From: Candidatus Marinacidobacterium sp.
GTDB taxonomy: Bacteria; Acidobacteriota; Vicinamibacteria; Marinacidobacterales; Marinacidobacteraceae
Length of the DNA: 64,000 bases
NCBI GenBank assembly: GCA_965204755.1
Contig: OZ242011.1
Span: 992,001 to 1,056,000 of the forward strand
Direction: 5' to 3'
Shown: positions 9,384 to 20,102 of the stretch, piece after piece
How positions within the stretch are numbered: position 1 is the stretch's first letter
Layout of the letters: each line of letters begins with the position of its first letter
Translations under genes and position numbers: made by a program
The notes under the pieces: model-generated
The model's input: only the letters and a program-made list of their open reading frames with translations
Told to the model about the DNA's origin: nothing
Databases searched by the model: none

Positions 9384-10532
9384 TCAGCGGGAGGGGGCGG
9401 CGTGGACGAAGGAGATGGCATCGCTCGCGTGGACTACGGCGGCGCCTCCGTCGGCCAGCCGGACCCGGATGCCCCCGTCCCGGGCCAGGCCGTCCGTCCA
9501 CCCTTCCGCCGAGCCGCCCCCGCGCCGCCGGATGCGGCAGCGGACGTCCCGGGCGGTGGGGCTCCGCTCCTCCCACCGGGCGGCGAGCGCCGCCGGGTCG
9601 GCGGCGGCGAGGCCGAAGGCGCGGCGGAACGAGGCGATCAGGGCGCCGGCCAAGCAGGCGGGGTCGGCGGCCTTCGGAAGATGAGCCGGCGGCCTCCGGG
9701 GAGGGGGTTCGCCGGCGCGGGGGTCGAGTTCCACCGGAGTCAGGTTGACGCCGAACCCGACAACAGCCAAGTCGGGGGCGAATTCGGGGGCCGCATCGGG
9801 GGCCGGTTCAGGGGCCGGTTCGGGCGGTGGTTCCGGCGGAGGATCCGGGGCCCCGGTCCCCGACGGGGACTTCCGGAGCAGGCGGGCCGGGCCGGGCCCG
9901 GGGGAGAAGCCGGTCTCGGCGAGGACGCCCGCGAGTTTCCCGCCGTTCCAGTCGAGGTCGTTCGGCCAACGGAGTTCGACGCGGAGCCCGGCGGCCCGCT
10001 CCACGGCTTCCGCGGCGGCCAGTCCGGCGGCGATGGGGAGCAGGGAGAGCCCGGCCGCCGGGGGCGCGGCCACGAGGAGGCTGAGGTAGAAGCCGCCGGG
10101 AGGCGAGACCCAGCGCCGGCCGAACCGGCCCCGGCCGGCGGTCTGCTCGGAGGCGAACGCGACCGCGGCGACCGGAGGGAGCGCCGGCGGCCCTCCGGCG
10201 GCCTCCGCCGCCGGACCGGCGAGGACCCCGGCGGTCCCGTCGGCGGCGACGGCGCGGAGGAGGTCGTTGGTGGAGCCCACCCGGTCGAAGACCCCGACGA
10301 AGGGGACGGCCGCCGGGGCGACCGCCGCGCGGATCGCGTCCGCGACGGCCCGGCCGGGGAGGGAGCCGGGGAGCGAGCCGGGGAGGGAGAGGTCGCCGGA
10401 AGCGCTGACGGATGAATCGTCGGGAAAGCCGGGGGCTCGGACGCTCGCCTCCGGCGGCGCCGGCGGCGGCGTCCCCGGAACCGGCCGCCGCCCGGCGTCC
10501 GGCGGCCGAACGGCCGCGCTCGTTTCGGGCAT
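9384..10532 (-). CDS. birA: Biotin-protein ligase (no obvious HTH)
   Basis: GSTND, QTAGRGRFGRRWVSP, RWPND, KLAGVL, VGFGVN. Confidence 0.9.
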   Translation of the reverse strand: MPETSAAVRPPDAGRRPVPGTPPPAPPEASVRAPGFPDDSSVSASGDLSLPGSLPGSLPGRAVADAIRAAVAPAAVPFVGVFDRVGSTNDLLRAVAADGTAGVLAGPAAEAAGGPPALPPVAAVAFASEQTAGRGRFGRRWVSPPGGFYLSLLVAAPPAAGLSLLPIAAGLAAAEAVERAAGLRVELRWPNDLDWNGGKLAGVLAETGFSPGPGPARLLRKSPSGTGAPDPPPEPPPEPAPEPAPDAAPEFAPDLAVVGFGVNLTPVELDPRAGEPPPRRPPAHLPKAADPACLAGALIASFRRAFGLAAADPAALAARWEERSPTARDVRCRIRRRGGGSAEGWTDGLARDGGIRVRLADGGAAVVHASDAISFVHAAPSR

Positions 10533-10612
10533 CCCGGGCTCGCTTCGGGGTCGGGGTTCCGGCGGGATTCCGGGGTGACTCCGGGGTAACTCCGTGCTAA
10601 CGGGGAGGTCGC

Positions 10613-11062
10613 TCAGGACGACGCGGCGCGGGCGCGGCGGCGCTCGGCCAGGTTCTCGGAGATCGCGCGGGCGATGTCGGCGGTCGGGGTGTCCGGGCCG
10701 AAGACGCGGGCGACGCCGCCCTCGAGCAGGTCGGCGGCGTCCCGGTCGGGGATCACGCCGCCCACGAAGACCGGCGCCTCGCCGAGGCCGACTTCGCGGA
10801 GCCCGTCGAGGATGCGCCGCACCAGCGTGCGGTGCGCGCCGGAGAGGATGGAGACGCCGACCGCCTCCACATCCTCCTGCATCGCGGCCTCGGCGATCTC
10901 CTCCGGGGTGCGGCGGAGCCCGGTGTAGATGACCTCGAACCCGGCGTCGGTGAGCGCCCGGGCCACGATCAGCGCGCCCCGGTCGTGCCCGTCGAGGCCC
11001 GGCTTGGCGATCAGGATGCGGTAGGGCGGGTCCGCCCGCGCCACCGCCGCCGGGAGGTCCAC
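10613..11062 (-). CDS. Stand-alone cobalamin-binding subunit of an acyl-CoA mutase
   Basis: AKPGLDGHDRGA (DxHxxG), SILSGAH, GGVIP. GTG start at 11062 is an estimate. Confidence 0.9.
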   Translation of the reverse strand: MDLPAAVARADPPYRILIAKPGLDGHDRGALIVARALTDAGFEVIYTGLRRTPEEIAEAAMQEDVEAVGVSILSGAHRTLVRRILDGLREVGLGEAPVFVGGVIPDRDAADLLEGGVARVFGPDTPTADIARAISENLAERRRARAASS

Positions 11063-11066
11063 CGGG

Positions 11067-14000
11067 TCAGGTGGCGCGGCGGTACCGGCCGCCGACTTCG
11101 TAGAGCGCCTGCGTGATCTGTCCGAGGCTCGCCGAACGGACGGTGTCCATGAGTTCGGCGAACACATTGCCGCCTTCCAGCGCCGTCTTCCGCAGCCGGT
11201 CGAGGGCCGGCCCGGCGGCGGCGCGGCGGCGTTCGCGGAACGACTCCACCGCGCGGACCCGTTCTTCCTTCTCCTCCGCGGTCGCGCGCGCCAGCCGCTC
11301 CGCCGGCTCTTCGGGCTCTTCCGCCGCGCCGGGCCCGTCGTCTTCGGCGCGGAAGGTGTTCACGCCGATGATGGGGAGTTCCCCCGAATCTTTCCGGGAC
11401 TCGAACCGGAAACTCTCTTCCTGGATCCGGTGGCGCTGGTATTGCCGCTCCATCGCGGCGAGCACGCCGCCCCGCGCGTCCAACCGGTCGAACTCCTCGA
11501 GCACCGCTTCTTCGACGCGGTCGGTGAGCCAGGAAGCGGCGAAGGAACCGGAGAGCGAGTTCTCGTTCCAACTCATCCCGTATTCCTGCAGGATGATTTT
11601 CTGGATCGCCACCGCGCGCCGCACCGACTCCGGGGTCGGCGTGGTGATCGCTTCGTCGTAGGCGTTCGTGTGGAGCGAGTTGCAGGCGTCGGTCAGCGCG
11701 GTGAGCGCCTGGAGGGTGGTGCGGATGTCGTTGAACTGGACTTCCGAGGCGTGGAGCGAACGGCCCGAAGTCTGGATATGCACCTTGAACTTCTGGCTGC
11801 GCTCGCCGGCGCCGTAGAGCAGGCGCATCGCCCGCGCCCAGATGCGCCGCGCCACCCGGCTCATCACCGCGTACTCCGGATCGAGGCCGTTGCTGAAGAA
11901 GAACGACAGGTTGCGGGCGAACTCGTCCACCGGCAGGCCGCGGGCGAGGAAGTACTCCACATAGGTGAAACCGTTCGCCAGCGTGAAGGCCAGTTGGGTG
12001 ATCGGGTTGGCGCCGGCTTCGGCGATGTGGTAGCCGGAGACGGAAGCGGAGTAGAAGTTCCGCACGCCGTTCTCGATGAAGTACTCCTGCACATCGCCCA
12101 TGAGCCGGAGCGCGAACGCCGTCGAGAAGATGCAGGTGTTCTGGGCCTGGTCCTCCTTGAGGATGTCCGCCTGCACGGTGCCGCGGACGACTTCGAGCGC
12201 GCGGCGCCGGATCCCGGCGCGTTCTTCTTCGGTCGGCGCGCGGCCGCGTTCCCGGGTGAAGGCCTCGACTTCCTGGCGGACGGCGGTGTTCAGGAACATC
12301 GCCAGGACCGCCGGCGCCGGGCCGTTGATCGTCATGGAGACGGAGGTCTTCGGGTCGGTGAGCCGGAACCCCCGGAACAACTCCGCCATGTCGTCGAGCG
12401 TGGCGACGGAGACGCCGCCTTCGCCGATCTTGCCGAAGATGTCCGGGCGGCGGGCGGGGTCTTCGCCGTAGAGGGTCACGCTGTCGAACGCCACCGAGAG
12501 GCGGGTCGCGTCCTGGCTGCCGGCGAGCAGGTGGAACCGGCGGTTCGTCCGCGCCGGCCCCCCTTCCCCGGCGAACTGGCGGCGCGGCGGTTCGCCGGTT
12601 TCGCGGAAGGGGAAGACGCCGGCGGTGAACGGGTAGTGGCCGGGGAGGTTCTCCTGGTGGAGGAAGCGGAGCGTGTCGCCGGCGCTCCGGAACTCCGGGA
12701 GCGCGACGCGGGGGAGCGGCGTGCCGGACAGGGTCTCGCGGCGGTTTTCGACTTCGAGTTCGCGGCCGCGCACCGGGAACGGGGTCGTCGCCGCCAGGTA
12801 CCGCTCGCGGAGGTCCGGCCAACCTTCGAGGAGCGCCCGGCTGTCCGCGGAGAGTTGCCGCCGGAGCGCCGCGGCCCGCTCCGCCAACCGGGCCGGGAGG
12901 GCCGGCGCGTCGTTCGCGTCTTCCGCCGAATCGGAACCGGACAGGTCGGCGGCGGCGGCTTCGAGGTGTTCGATGCGGGCGGCCAGGTCGGACTCGCCTT
13001 CCACCCGGCGGCGCTCGGCGCGCAGCGCGGCGGCGATCTCGGCGAGGTAGGAGGAGCGCGAGGCCGGCAGGAGTCCGGGGGCGGGAGGCTCGGGCCGAGC
13101 CTCCGCCGCCGGGGCGGCGGTCGCCTCCGCCGGGGCTGCGGTCGCCTCCGCCGGCGCGAAGCCGAGGGCGGCGGAGATCCGGGCGTGGAGGGCGTCGAGG
13201 CCGGGGTCGGCGAAGCGGCCGGCGACCGTCGGGAACACCGGGACTTCGGCGCTCCGGGGAAGCGAGCGGGATCGCCGGACGGCGCGGCGGACGGAGAGCA
13301 GGGCGTCCTCGGCGCCGGGCCGATCCGCCTTGTTCAGCGCCACCGCGTCGGCGAAGTCGAGCATGTCGATCTTCTCGAGTTGGGTCTCGGCGCCGTAGTC
13401 GGCGGTCATCACATAGAGCGAGAAGTCGGCGATCTCGACCACCGCCGAGTTCCCCTGCCCGATGCCGCCGGTCTCCACGATGAGCAGGCCGCAGCCCGCC
13501 GCCCGGAGGACGAGCGCGGCGTCGGCGCAGGCCGCCGCCAGTTCGCTCCCGGTGCGCCGGGTGGCGAGGCTCCTCACGAAGACCCGGGGGACGGAGGCGG
13601 CGTTCAGCCGGATCCGGTCGCCGAGCAGCGCGCCCCCGGTGCGGCGCTTCGTCGGGTCCACCGCGAGGACGCCGATCTTCCCCGGCGCCGCGCCGTCCGA
13701 CGAGCCGCCGGAGAGGAAACGCAGCAGCAACTCGTCGAGGACGGAACTCTTCCCGGCGCCGCCGGTGCCGGTGATGCCGAGCAGCGGGGCGCGGGCGGCG
13801 GGCAGGAGAGCCCGGAGCGCCGCCCGCTCTTCTTCGGCGAGCCCCCGGACTTCCGCCCGGCTGATCAGCCGGGAGACCGCCGGCGCCGAAGCGGCGAAGG
13901 TCGGATCTCCGGGAGCGAGCGCTCCGAGGAGGGCCGCGAACGGGGGCTCCTCCCGCGCGGCGCGGGCCTCGCCGGCGCGCCGCAGCATGTCCTCCGCCAT

Positions 14001-14456
14001 CCCGGCGATCCCCAGCCGCCGACCGTCTTCCGGCGAGTAGATGCGGGCGACGCCGGCGCGGTGGAGGGCGTCGGCCTCGCGCGAGCGGATGACGCCGCCG
14101 CCGCCGCCGAACACCGGGATGCGCGCGCCGCCGCCCTCCCGGAGCAGTTCCACCAGGAAGCGGAAGAACTCGTTGTGGCCGCCCTGGTAGGAGGAAACCG
14201 CGACCCCGTCGGCGTCCTCCTCGACCGCGGCGGCGGCGATCTCGGCCGCCGACCGGTTGTGTCCGAGATGGACGACTTCCGCGCCCCGGTCCTGCAGCAG
14301 CCGGCGGAAGACATGGATCGAGGCGTCGTGCCCGTCGAAGAGCGCCGCCGCGGTCACGAACCGGAGCGGGGTCCCCGGATCCGGCGCCGCCCCTCCCGGC
14401 GAGACTGCCGGGGAGCGAAGCGTCGGCGCCCGGAGCGCCGCTTCGCCGGGGGTCAC
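11067..14456 (-). CDS. icmF: Fused isobutyryl-CoA mutase/MeaB-like GTPase (IcmF)
   Basis: FDGHDAS B12 domain; GTGGAGKSS and LLGDRIR GTPase; RQFAGEG, GTVQADILKEDQ, SLHTNAYDE mutase domain. Confidence 0.93.
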   Translation of the reverse strand: MTPGEAALRAPTLRSPAVSPGGAAPDPGTPLRFVTAAALFDGHDASIHVFRRLLQDRGAEVVHLGHNRSAAEIAAAAVEEDADGVAVSSYQGGHNEFFRFLVELLREGGGARIPVFGGGGGVIRSREADALHRAGVARIYSPEDGRRLGIAGMAEDMLRRAGEARAAREEPPFAALLGALAPGDPTFAASAPAVSRLISRAEVRGLAEEERAALRALLPAARAPLLGITGTGGAGKSSVLDELLLRFLSGGSSDGAAPGKIGVLAVDPTKRRTGGALLGDRIRLNAASVPRVFVRSLATRRTGSELAAACADAALVLRAAGCGLLIVETGGIGQGNSAVVEIADFSLYVMTADYGAETQLEKIDMLDFADAVALNKADRPGAEDALLSVRRAVRRSRSLPRSAEVPVFPTVAGRFADPGLDALHARISAALGFAPAEATAAPAEATAAPAAEARPEPPAPGLLPASRSSYLAEIAAALRAERRRVEGESDLAARIEHLEAAAADLSGSDSAEDANDAPALPARLAERAAALRRQLSADSRALLEGWPDLRERYLAATTPFPVRGRELEVENRRETLSGTPLPRVALPEFRSAGDTLRFLHQENLPGHYPFTAGVFPFRETGEPPRRQFAGEGGPARTNRRFHLLAGSQDATRLSVAFDSVTLYGEDPARRPDIFGKIGEGGVSVATLDDMAELFRGFRLTDPKTSVSMTINGPAPAVLAMFLNTAVRQEVEAFTRERGRAPTEEERAGIRRRALEVVRGTVQADILKEDQAQNTCIFSTAFALRLMGDVQEYFIENGVRNFYSASVSGYHIAEAGANPITQLAFTLANGFTYVEYFLARGLPVDEFARNLSFFFSNGLDPEYAVMSRVARRIWARAMRLLYGAGERSQKFKVHIQTSGRSLHASEVQFNDIRTTLQALTALTDACNSLHTNAYDEAITTPTPESVRRAVAIQKIILQEYGMSWNENSLSGSFAASWLTDRVEEAVLEEFDRLDARGGVLAAMERQYQRHRIQEESFRFESRKDSGELPIIGVNTFRAEDDGPGAAEEPEEPAERLARATAEEKEERVRAVESFRERRRAAAGPALDRLRKTALEGGNVFAELMDTVRSASLGQITQALYEVGGRYRRAT

Positions 14457-14824
14457 GGCCCCGGGTCTTCGGGGCGGGACTCCGGCGGCGCCGCCGCCGG
14501 CGGCGGGGGGGGCGCGCCGACCGCCGCGGCTTCCTCGACTTCTTCGCGGAGTTTCTTGCCGGGACGGAAGAAGGGCACCCGGCGCGGCGGGGCGATCACC
14601 GGCTCGCCGGTGCGCGGGTTCCGGGTCACGCGGGCCCGGCGGCTCCGCAGGCGGAAACTGCCGAAGCCCCGGATCTCCACTTCCTCCCCGGTGGCCAGGG
14701 CTTCGGCGATCGAGCGGAAGACCATGCCGACGACCGACTCCGCGTCCCGGCGCGAGATGCCGGTCGTCTCGGCGATCTCCGCCGCGAGGCGGGCGCGGGT
14801 GCTGCTCGGCGCCGCGGGCTTCAC
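14453..14824 (-). CDS. IHF/HU-family DNA-binding protein (IHF-beta-like position after rpsA)
   Basis: VEIRGFGSF, RNPRTGE, FRPGKKLRE. GTGA overlap with the rpsA stop. Confidence 0.9.
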   Translation of the reverse strand: MKPAAPSSTRARLAAEIAETTGISRRDAESVVGMVFRSIAEALATGEEVEIRGFGSFRLRSRRARVTRNPRTGEPVIAPPRRVPFFRPGKKLREEVEEAAAVGAPPPPPAAAPPESRPEDPGP

Positions 14825-16878
14825 CGCTTCCAGATGTCTCCGATCTTCACCGAACCCGGCGCGCCGAGATCGTCTCCCTCGTAGGACTCTTCCGCGGCGC
14901 GCAGCGAGAGCCCGACCTTCCGGTCGTCGCGGCTCAGCCGGACGATCCGCAACCGGTACGAAGTGCCGAGGTCGAGCGCGTCCTCGGCCTTCGAGGGCGG
15001 CGGCTCGGCGATGTCGTTCAGCCGCAGGAGTCCTTCGATGCCCTCCTCGATCTGGACGAAGGCGCCGAAGTCGGCGAAGCGGATGACGGTGCCGTCCACC
15101 AGGTCGCCTTCCTGCTGCCGGGTGAAGAAGCCCTCCCAGGCGTCGTCGGAGAGTTGCTTCCGCCCGAGCGAGAGGCGGCGGTTGTCCGGGTCGATGCTCA
15201 GGACCACGGTCTCCACCTTCTCGCCGAGTTTCAGCACATCGGAAGGATGGTTGATCCGCTTGTTCCAACTCAGGTCGGAGATGTGGATCAGCCCGTCTAT
15301 GGACTCGTCCACTTCCACGAAGGCGCCGAAGTCGGTGAACTTGCGGACCGTGCCGGCGAGGCGCGAGCCGATCGGGAAGCGCTCGGCGAGGCGCGGCCAG
15401 GGGTTCTCCTCGATCTGCTTGAGGCCGAGGCTGATGCGGCGCGCCTTGAGGTCCATGCGGAGCACCATCGCCTCCACATAGTCACCCTTGGAGAGGATGC
15501 GCGAGGGGTGCTTGATGCGGCTCGACCAACTCATCTCGCTCACATGGATGAGTCCCTCGACGCCGGGCTCCATCTCCACGAACGCGCCGTAGTCGGTGAG
15601 GCTGACCACCTTGCCGCGCACCTTGGAGCCGACGCTGTAGCGCTCGTTCACGGTGGTCCAGGGGTCCACATTCAACTGCTTGTAGCCGAGCGAGACCCGC
15701 TCCGCCTCGGAGTCGAACCGGAGGATGACCACTTCGATGCGGTCGCCCACCTTCATGAGTTCCGACGGATGCTCCAGGCGGCGGAAGGACATCTCGCGGA
15801 TGTGGAGCAGGCCGCAGATGCCGCCGATGTCCACGAAGGCGCCGTAGTCGGTGAGATCGCGGACTTCGCCGCGGAAGACCCGGCCCACTTCGAGCGCGGC
15901 CAGCGTCTTCTCCTTCTCCTCTTCGAGCACCACCCGGCGGGAGAGCACGATGTTCCCGCGCCGCTTGTTGAGTTTGATGACGCGCAGTTCGAGTTCGCGG
16001 CCCTTGTAACTGCCGAGGTTGCGCACCGGGCGCAGGTCCACCTGGGAGCCGGGAAGGAACCCGCGCACGCCGATCTCGCCGATCTCCACTTCGAGACCGC
16101 CGCGGATGCGCTCGACCACGCGGCCGAGCACCGTGGTCTGCTTCTCGAAGGCGTCTTCGATCTGGTTCCAGACGCGCATCTTCTGCGCCTTCCGGAAGGA
16201 CAGGCTCAGGTGGCCGCGGCGGTTGTCGCAGCGCTGGACGAGCACCTCGACTTCGTCGCCGGGGGCGATCTTGACATTCCCCTCCACATCGCGGAACTCG
16301 TCGAGGGAGATGATGCCTTCGGCCTTGTAGCCGATGTCCACGACCACTTCGCTGTCGCGCAACTGGACGACCCGGCCCACTTCCAACTCGTTCTCGTTGA
16401 CCTGGGGGTCGTAGGCGTCGAGGAACTGCTCGAACTGGGCGTCTTCGCTGAGTTCGACCGGGGCTTCCGCGCCGTTCCCGCTTCCGTTCCCGCTTCCGTT
16501 CGTGGAAGCGTCCACCGGCGTAACCGCCGGCGTTTCGCCGGCGCCGTCGGCCTCCGGGACAGGGTCGGGCGCGGCGCCGTCGCCGCCACCGTCGCCAACT
16601 GTCGCGGGAGCGGCGTCCGCTTCCGCGGCGGCCGCGCCGTCACCTCCGTCCGCCGCCGGCGGCGCCGGGACTTCGGGAGCGGCAACGGCGTCTGCGGCGT
16701 CGACGCTCGGGGCGGCGGCGATCGCCTCCGCGGAAAACTCGGGATCGGGCGCGGCCGCAAGAGACTCGGGAAGAGACTCGGGAAGCGGCTCGGGTCGGGG
16801 ATGATCCGTTCGTGGCTGTTCGGTTTGGGGGGTTTCGGGCATACCCTCGCTGACGGCCCCGGAAGACTGGGCGCTCAT
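14821..16878 (-). CDS. rpsA: 30S ribosomal protein S1 with long Ala/Pro/acidic N-terminal extension
   Basis: Repeated S1 domains (DYGAFV/DFGAFV, GLLHI/GLIHVSE), VDIGYKAEG, FLPGSQVD. ATG at 16878 is an estimate. Confidence 0.95.
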   Translation of the reverse strand: MSAQSSGAVSEGMPETPQTEQPRTDHPRPEPLPESLPESLAAAPDPEFSAEAIAAAPSVDAADAVAAPEVPAPPAADGGDGAAAAEADAAPATVGDGGGDGAAPDPVPEADGAGETPAVTPVDASTNGSGNGSGNGAEAPVELSEDAQFEQFLDAYDPQVNENELEVGRVVQLRDSEVVVDIGYKAEGIISLDEFRDVEGNVKIAPGDEVEVLVQRCDNRRGHLSLSFRKAQKMRVWNQIEDAFEKQTTVLGRVVERIRGGLEVEIGEIGVRGFLPGSQVDLRPVRNLGSYKGRELELRVIKLNKRRGNIVLSRRVVLEEEKEKTLAALEVGRVFRGEVRDLTDYGAFVDIGGICGLLHIREMSFRRLEHPSELMKVGDRIEVVILRFDSEAERVSLGYKQLNVDPWTTVNERYSVGSKVRGKVVSLTDYGAFVEMEPGVEGLIHVSEMSWSSRIKHPSRILSKGDYVEAMVLRMDLKARRISLGLKQIEENPWPRLAERFPIGSRLAGTVRKFTDFGAFVEVDESIDGLIHISDLSWNKRINHPSDVLKLGEKVETVVLSIDPDNRRLSLGRKQLSDDAWEGFFTRQQEGDLVDGTVIRFADFGAFVQIEEGIEGLLRLNDIAEPPPSKAEDALDLGTSYRLRIVRLSRDDRKVGLSLRAAEESYEGDDLGAPGSVKIGDIWKR

Positions 16879-17323
16879 TGGGATGGGGAAGAACCTCGGG
16901 ATCGGGGGCCCGAACCGGACGCCGCGGCGGATCGCCGGCGGCGAAACGGGAAGGCCCCTCTCTCCCCGACGAACGGCGAAGCCGGGAGTCGGCCGCGCCC
17001 GCAGGGCGCCGAGGCCGCCGTCGGGGGAACGGGGAATCCTAACAGCCCGAAGCCCGACCGCTGCGCGGCGCATCGGGCCGGCAGGCCGCCGAGCCGCGGG
17101 AGGCGGGGCGGCGGGGGCGCGCCGCGCCGCCGACCGGGCCCGGCCGAATTCCCGCCGGAGCGGGGCGCCGGAGAGGCGGGGAGGGCGCGGATGGTAGGAT
17201 TTCCGGCTGTTTCGCCGGCTGACGAGGCCGGCGGGAGGCCCGGCGTCCTCGGAGGGAGCCGCCGGGGAGGGCGGCCACCGCCCGATCTCGACCCTCCGGG
17301 AGACGACGAGCACGGTTCAACGC

Positions 17324-19129
17324 ATGGCACAGGGTTTCGACTTCACGCTCGCGATCGGCGGAGCGGCCGGACAGGGGATCGCCACCCCCGGCAACATCCT
17401 CGCCCGCATGTTCGTGCGGCGGGGACTCCACCTCCACGCCTACAACGCCTACCAGTCCATCATCCGGGGCGGGCACATCCTGCTCACCATGCGCGTGAAG
17501 GACGAAGAAGCGCTCTCGCACGGCGACGGCATGGACCTGCTCCTCAGCCTGAACCAGGACACGATGTCCCGCCACCTCGAACACCTCGGGCCCGGCGGAT
17601 ACGCGGTATTCAACTCGGATTCGGTCACTCCCGGCGAACACGCGGACGGCGTGCACCTCTGCGGGATGCCGGTGGACGAACTCACCGGCGACGCGAAGAA
17701 CCGCCTGGCGCAGAACACCGCGGCGCTCGGCGTCATCTGCCACCTGTTCGGCCTCGACTTCGAGGTCCTCGAAGAAGCGCTCACCCTGCAATTCCGCAGC
17801 AAGGGCGACGAAGTGGTCTCCTCCAATGTGGAAGTCGCCCGCGCCGCGTACCGGTACTCCGCGGAGAACTTCCCCCCGCACTCCGAGCCGCTGCCGAAGA
17901 ACCCGGACCCGCTCGCGGTCTGGACCGGGAACGAGGCGCTGGCGATGGGCGGCGCCGCCGCCGGCGTGAAGTTCTACTGCGCCTACCCGATGAGCCCCTC
18001 CACCGGGGTGCTCCACTGGATGGCCAAGAACGCGCGCGAACTCGGCATCATGGTGCGGCAGGTGGAAGACGAGATCGGCGTGGCCAACATGGCGGTCGGC
18101 GCGGCGCACACCGGCGCCCGGACCATGTGCGCCACTTCCGGCGGCGGCTTCGCGCTGATGACCGAAGCGGTGGGCTCGGCGGCGATGATGGAGATCCCGG
18201 TGGTGTTCATCAATGTGATGCGCGCCGGCCCCTCCACCGGAGTCCCCACGAAGACCGAGCAGGGCGACCTGTGGCAGGCGCTCGGCGCGAGCCAGGGTGA
18301 CTTCGAACGCATCGTGGTGGCGCCGAAGAGCGCGCGCGACGCCTTCTCGACCATCGGCGAAGTGTTCAACTTGGTCGACCGGTACCAGTGCCCGGCGATC
18401 GTCCTCTCCGACCTGCTGATCTCCGAAGGCACCTTCAGCGTGCCGCCGAAGGACATCGACATGTTCCCGCCGATCGACCGGGGGAAACTCATCCGCGAGG
18501 CGGCGGAGGGACAAAACGGGGCCGACGGGAACGGCGTCTACTTGCGGTACCGGGACACGGAGGACGGGATCTCGCCCCGCGCGACGCCCGGCGTCCCCGG
18601 ACATGTCCACACGGTCGCCACCGACGAACACGACGAGGAAGGCATCCTCATCTCCGACGAGTTCACGAACCCGATCAAGCGCCGGCAGATGGTGGAAAAG
18701 CGCGCCCGGAAGATGCGCGACTACCTGACGCGCATTCCCGCGCCGGAAGTCGAAGGCGACGAGGACGCCGAAGTCACGCTGGTCGGCTGGGGCTCCACCT
18801 GGGGAGTCATCGGCGAGGCGATGGAGCAGTTGCGCGCCGACGGCGTCCGGGTGAACCGCCTGGCGGTGAAGTGGATCCTGCCGCTCCACGGCGACGAGAT
18901 CGCGAAGTCGCTGACCGCCGCCCGGCGCGTGCTCATCGTCGAGAACAACCACTCCGGCCAGTTCCACCGCTACCTCCGGGGCGAAACCGGAGTCACCGCC
19001 GACGGGCACATCCGCAAGTACGACGGCGAGCCGTTCATGCCCCACCACATCGCCGACGGGGTGAAAGCCCACCTCGCCGGCGAAGTCCCGGACGGCGTCT
19101 TCGTGCCGACCCAGGAAATCATCGTCTAG
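17324..19129 (+). CDS. korA: 2-oxoacid:ferredoxin oxidoreductase alpha subunit
   Basis: GGAAGQGI, YPMSPST, EDEI, TSGGGF, RAGPSTGVPTKTEQGD. Confidence 0.93.
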   Translation: MAQGFDFTLAIGGAAGQGIATPGNILARMFVRRGLHLHAYNAYQSIIRGGHILLTMRVKDEEALSHGDGMDLLLSLNQDTMSRHLEHLGPGGYAVFNSDSVTPGEHADGVHLCGMPVDELTGDAKNRLAQNTAALGVICHLFGLDFEVLEEALTLQFRSKGDEVVSSNVEVARAAYRYSAENFPPHSEPLPKNPDPLAVWTGNEALAMGGAAAGVKFYCAYPMSPSTGVLHWMAKNARELGIMVRQVEDEIGVANMAVGAAHTGARTMCATSGGGFALMTEAVGSAAMMEIPVVFINVMRAGPSTGVPTKTEQGDLWQALGASQGDFERIVVAPKSARDAFSTIGEVFNLVDRYQCPAIVLSDLLISEGTFSVPPKDIDMFPPIDRGKLIREAAEGQNGADGNGVYLRYRDTEDGISPRATPGVPGHVHTVATDEHDEEGILISDEFTNPIKRRQMVEKRARKMRDYLTRIPAPEVEGDEDAEVTLVGWGSTWGVIGEAMEQLRADGVRVNRLAVKWILPLHGDEIAKSLTAARRVLIVENNHSGQFHRYLRGETGVTADGHIRKYDGEPFMPHHIADGVKAHLAGEVPDGVFVPTQEIIV

Positions 19130-19193
19130 ACCCCGTCAGACCCCCCGTCAACCCCCTGTCAGGCCCCGCAGCCCGAACCCCGCAGGAGAACCC

Positions 19194-20096
19194 ATGAGCA
19201 CCGCCGTAGCCGTAGCCGAAAAGCCGCTGACCGCCAAGGACTTCAAGGGCAAGGTCGAACCGGACTGGTGTCCCGGCTGCGGCGACTTCGGCCTGCTGCG
19301 GGCGACCCAGACCTCGGTCGCGCAACTCGGTCTCCGGCCGCACGACATCGTGTGCGTCAGCGGGATCGGCTGCTCCTCGAACTTCCCCGGGTTCTTCCAT
19401 TCCTACGGGATGCACACCCTGCACGGCCGGGCGCTCGCGGTGGCCACCGGCGTGAAGATGGCGAACCAGGGGCTCACCGTGCTGGTCACCGGCGGGGACG
19501 GCGACGGCTACGGCATCGGCGGCAACCACTTCACCCACACCGCCCGCCGCAACATCGACCTCACCTACCTGGTGATGAACAACCAGATCTACGGGCTCAC
19601 CACCGGCCAGGTGTCGCCGAGCAGCAGCGTCGGCATGAAGACCAAGTCCACCCCGTTCGGGAACCTCGAGCGGCCGGTGAACCCGATCACCTCCGCGATC
19701 ATGAACGGCGCGACCTATGTGGCGCGGAGTTTCTCCGGCAACCAGAAGCAGTTGGTCTCGCTCATCAAGGGCGCGATCGAACATCCCGGCTTCGCGGTCA
19801 TCGATGTGTTCAGCCCCTGCGTGACCTTCAACCGCGACAACACCTACGCCTTCTTCCGCGAGCGCATCCGGCCCCTCGAAGACGAGGAGCACGATCCCTC
19901 GGACTGGAAGGCGGCGTGCGAGAAGGCGATGTTCTGGGAGGACCGGATCTATACCGGTCTCTTCTTCCAAAACCGCGCCGAAAAGCCCCTCCACGAGTTG
20001 GAGCCGATCCTCGACGACGGCGCCCCGGCGGTGGCCCGACGGCCGGAACCGCTGACCGTGGAACAGCGCGACCGCATCGTCGCCCGAATGATGTAA
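19194..20096 (+). CDS. korB: 2-oxoacid:ferredoxin oxidoreductase beta subunit
   Basis: WCPGCGDF, SGIGCS, GGDGDG...NNQIYGLT (TPP-binding), SPCVTFN. Confidence 0.93.
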   Translation: MSTAVAVAEKPLTAKDFKGKVEPDWCPGCGDFGLLRATQTSVAQLGLRPHDIVCVSGIGCSSNFPGFFHSYGMHTLHGRALAVATGVKMANQGLTVLVTGGDGDGYGIGGNHFTHTARRNIDLTYLVMNNQIYGLTTGQVSPSSSVGMKTKSTPFGNLERPVNPITSAIMNGATYVARSFSGNQKQLVSLIKGAIEHPGFAVIDVFSPCVTFNRDNTYAFFRERIRPLEDEEHDPSDWKAACEKAMFWEDRIYTGLFFQNRAEKPLHELEPILDDGAPAVARRPEPLTVEQRDRIVARMM

Positions 20097-20102
20097 GGCG
20101 GA

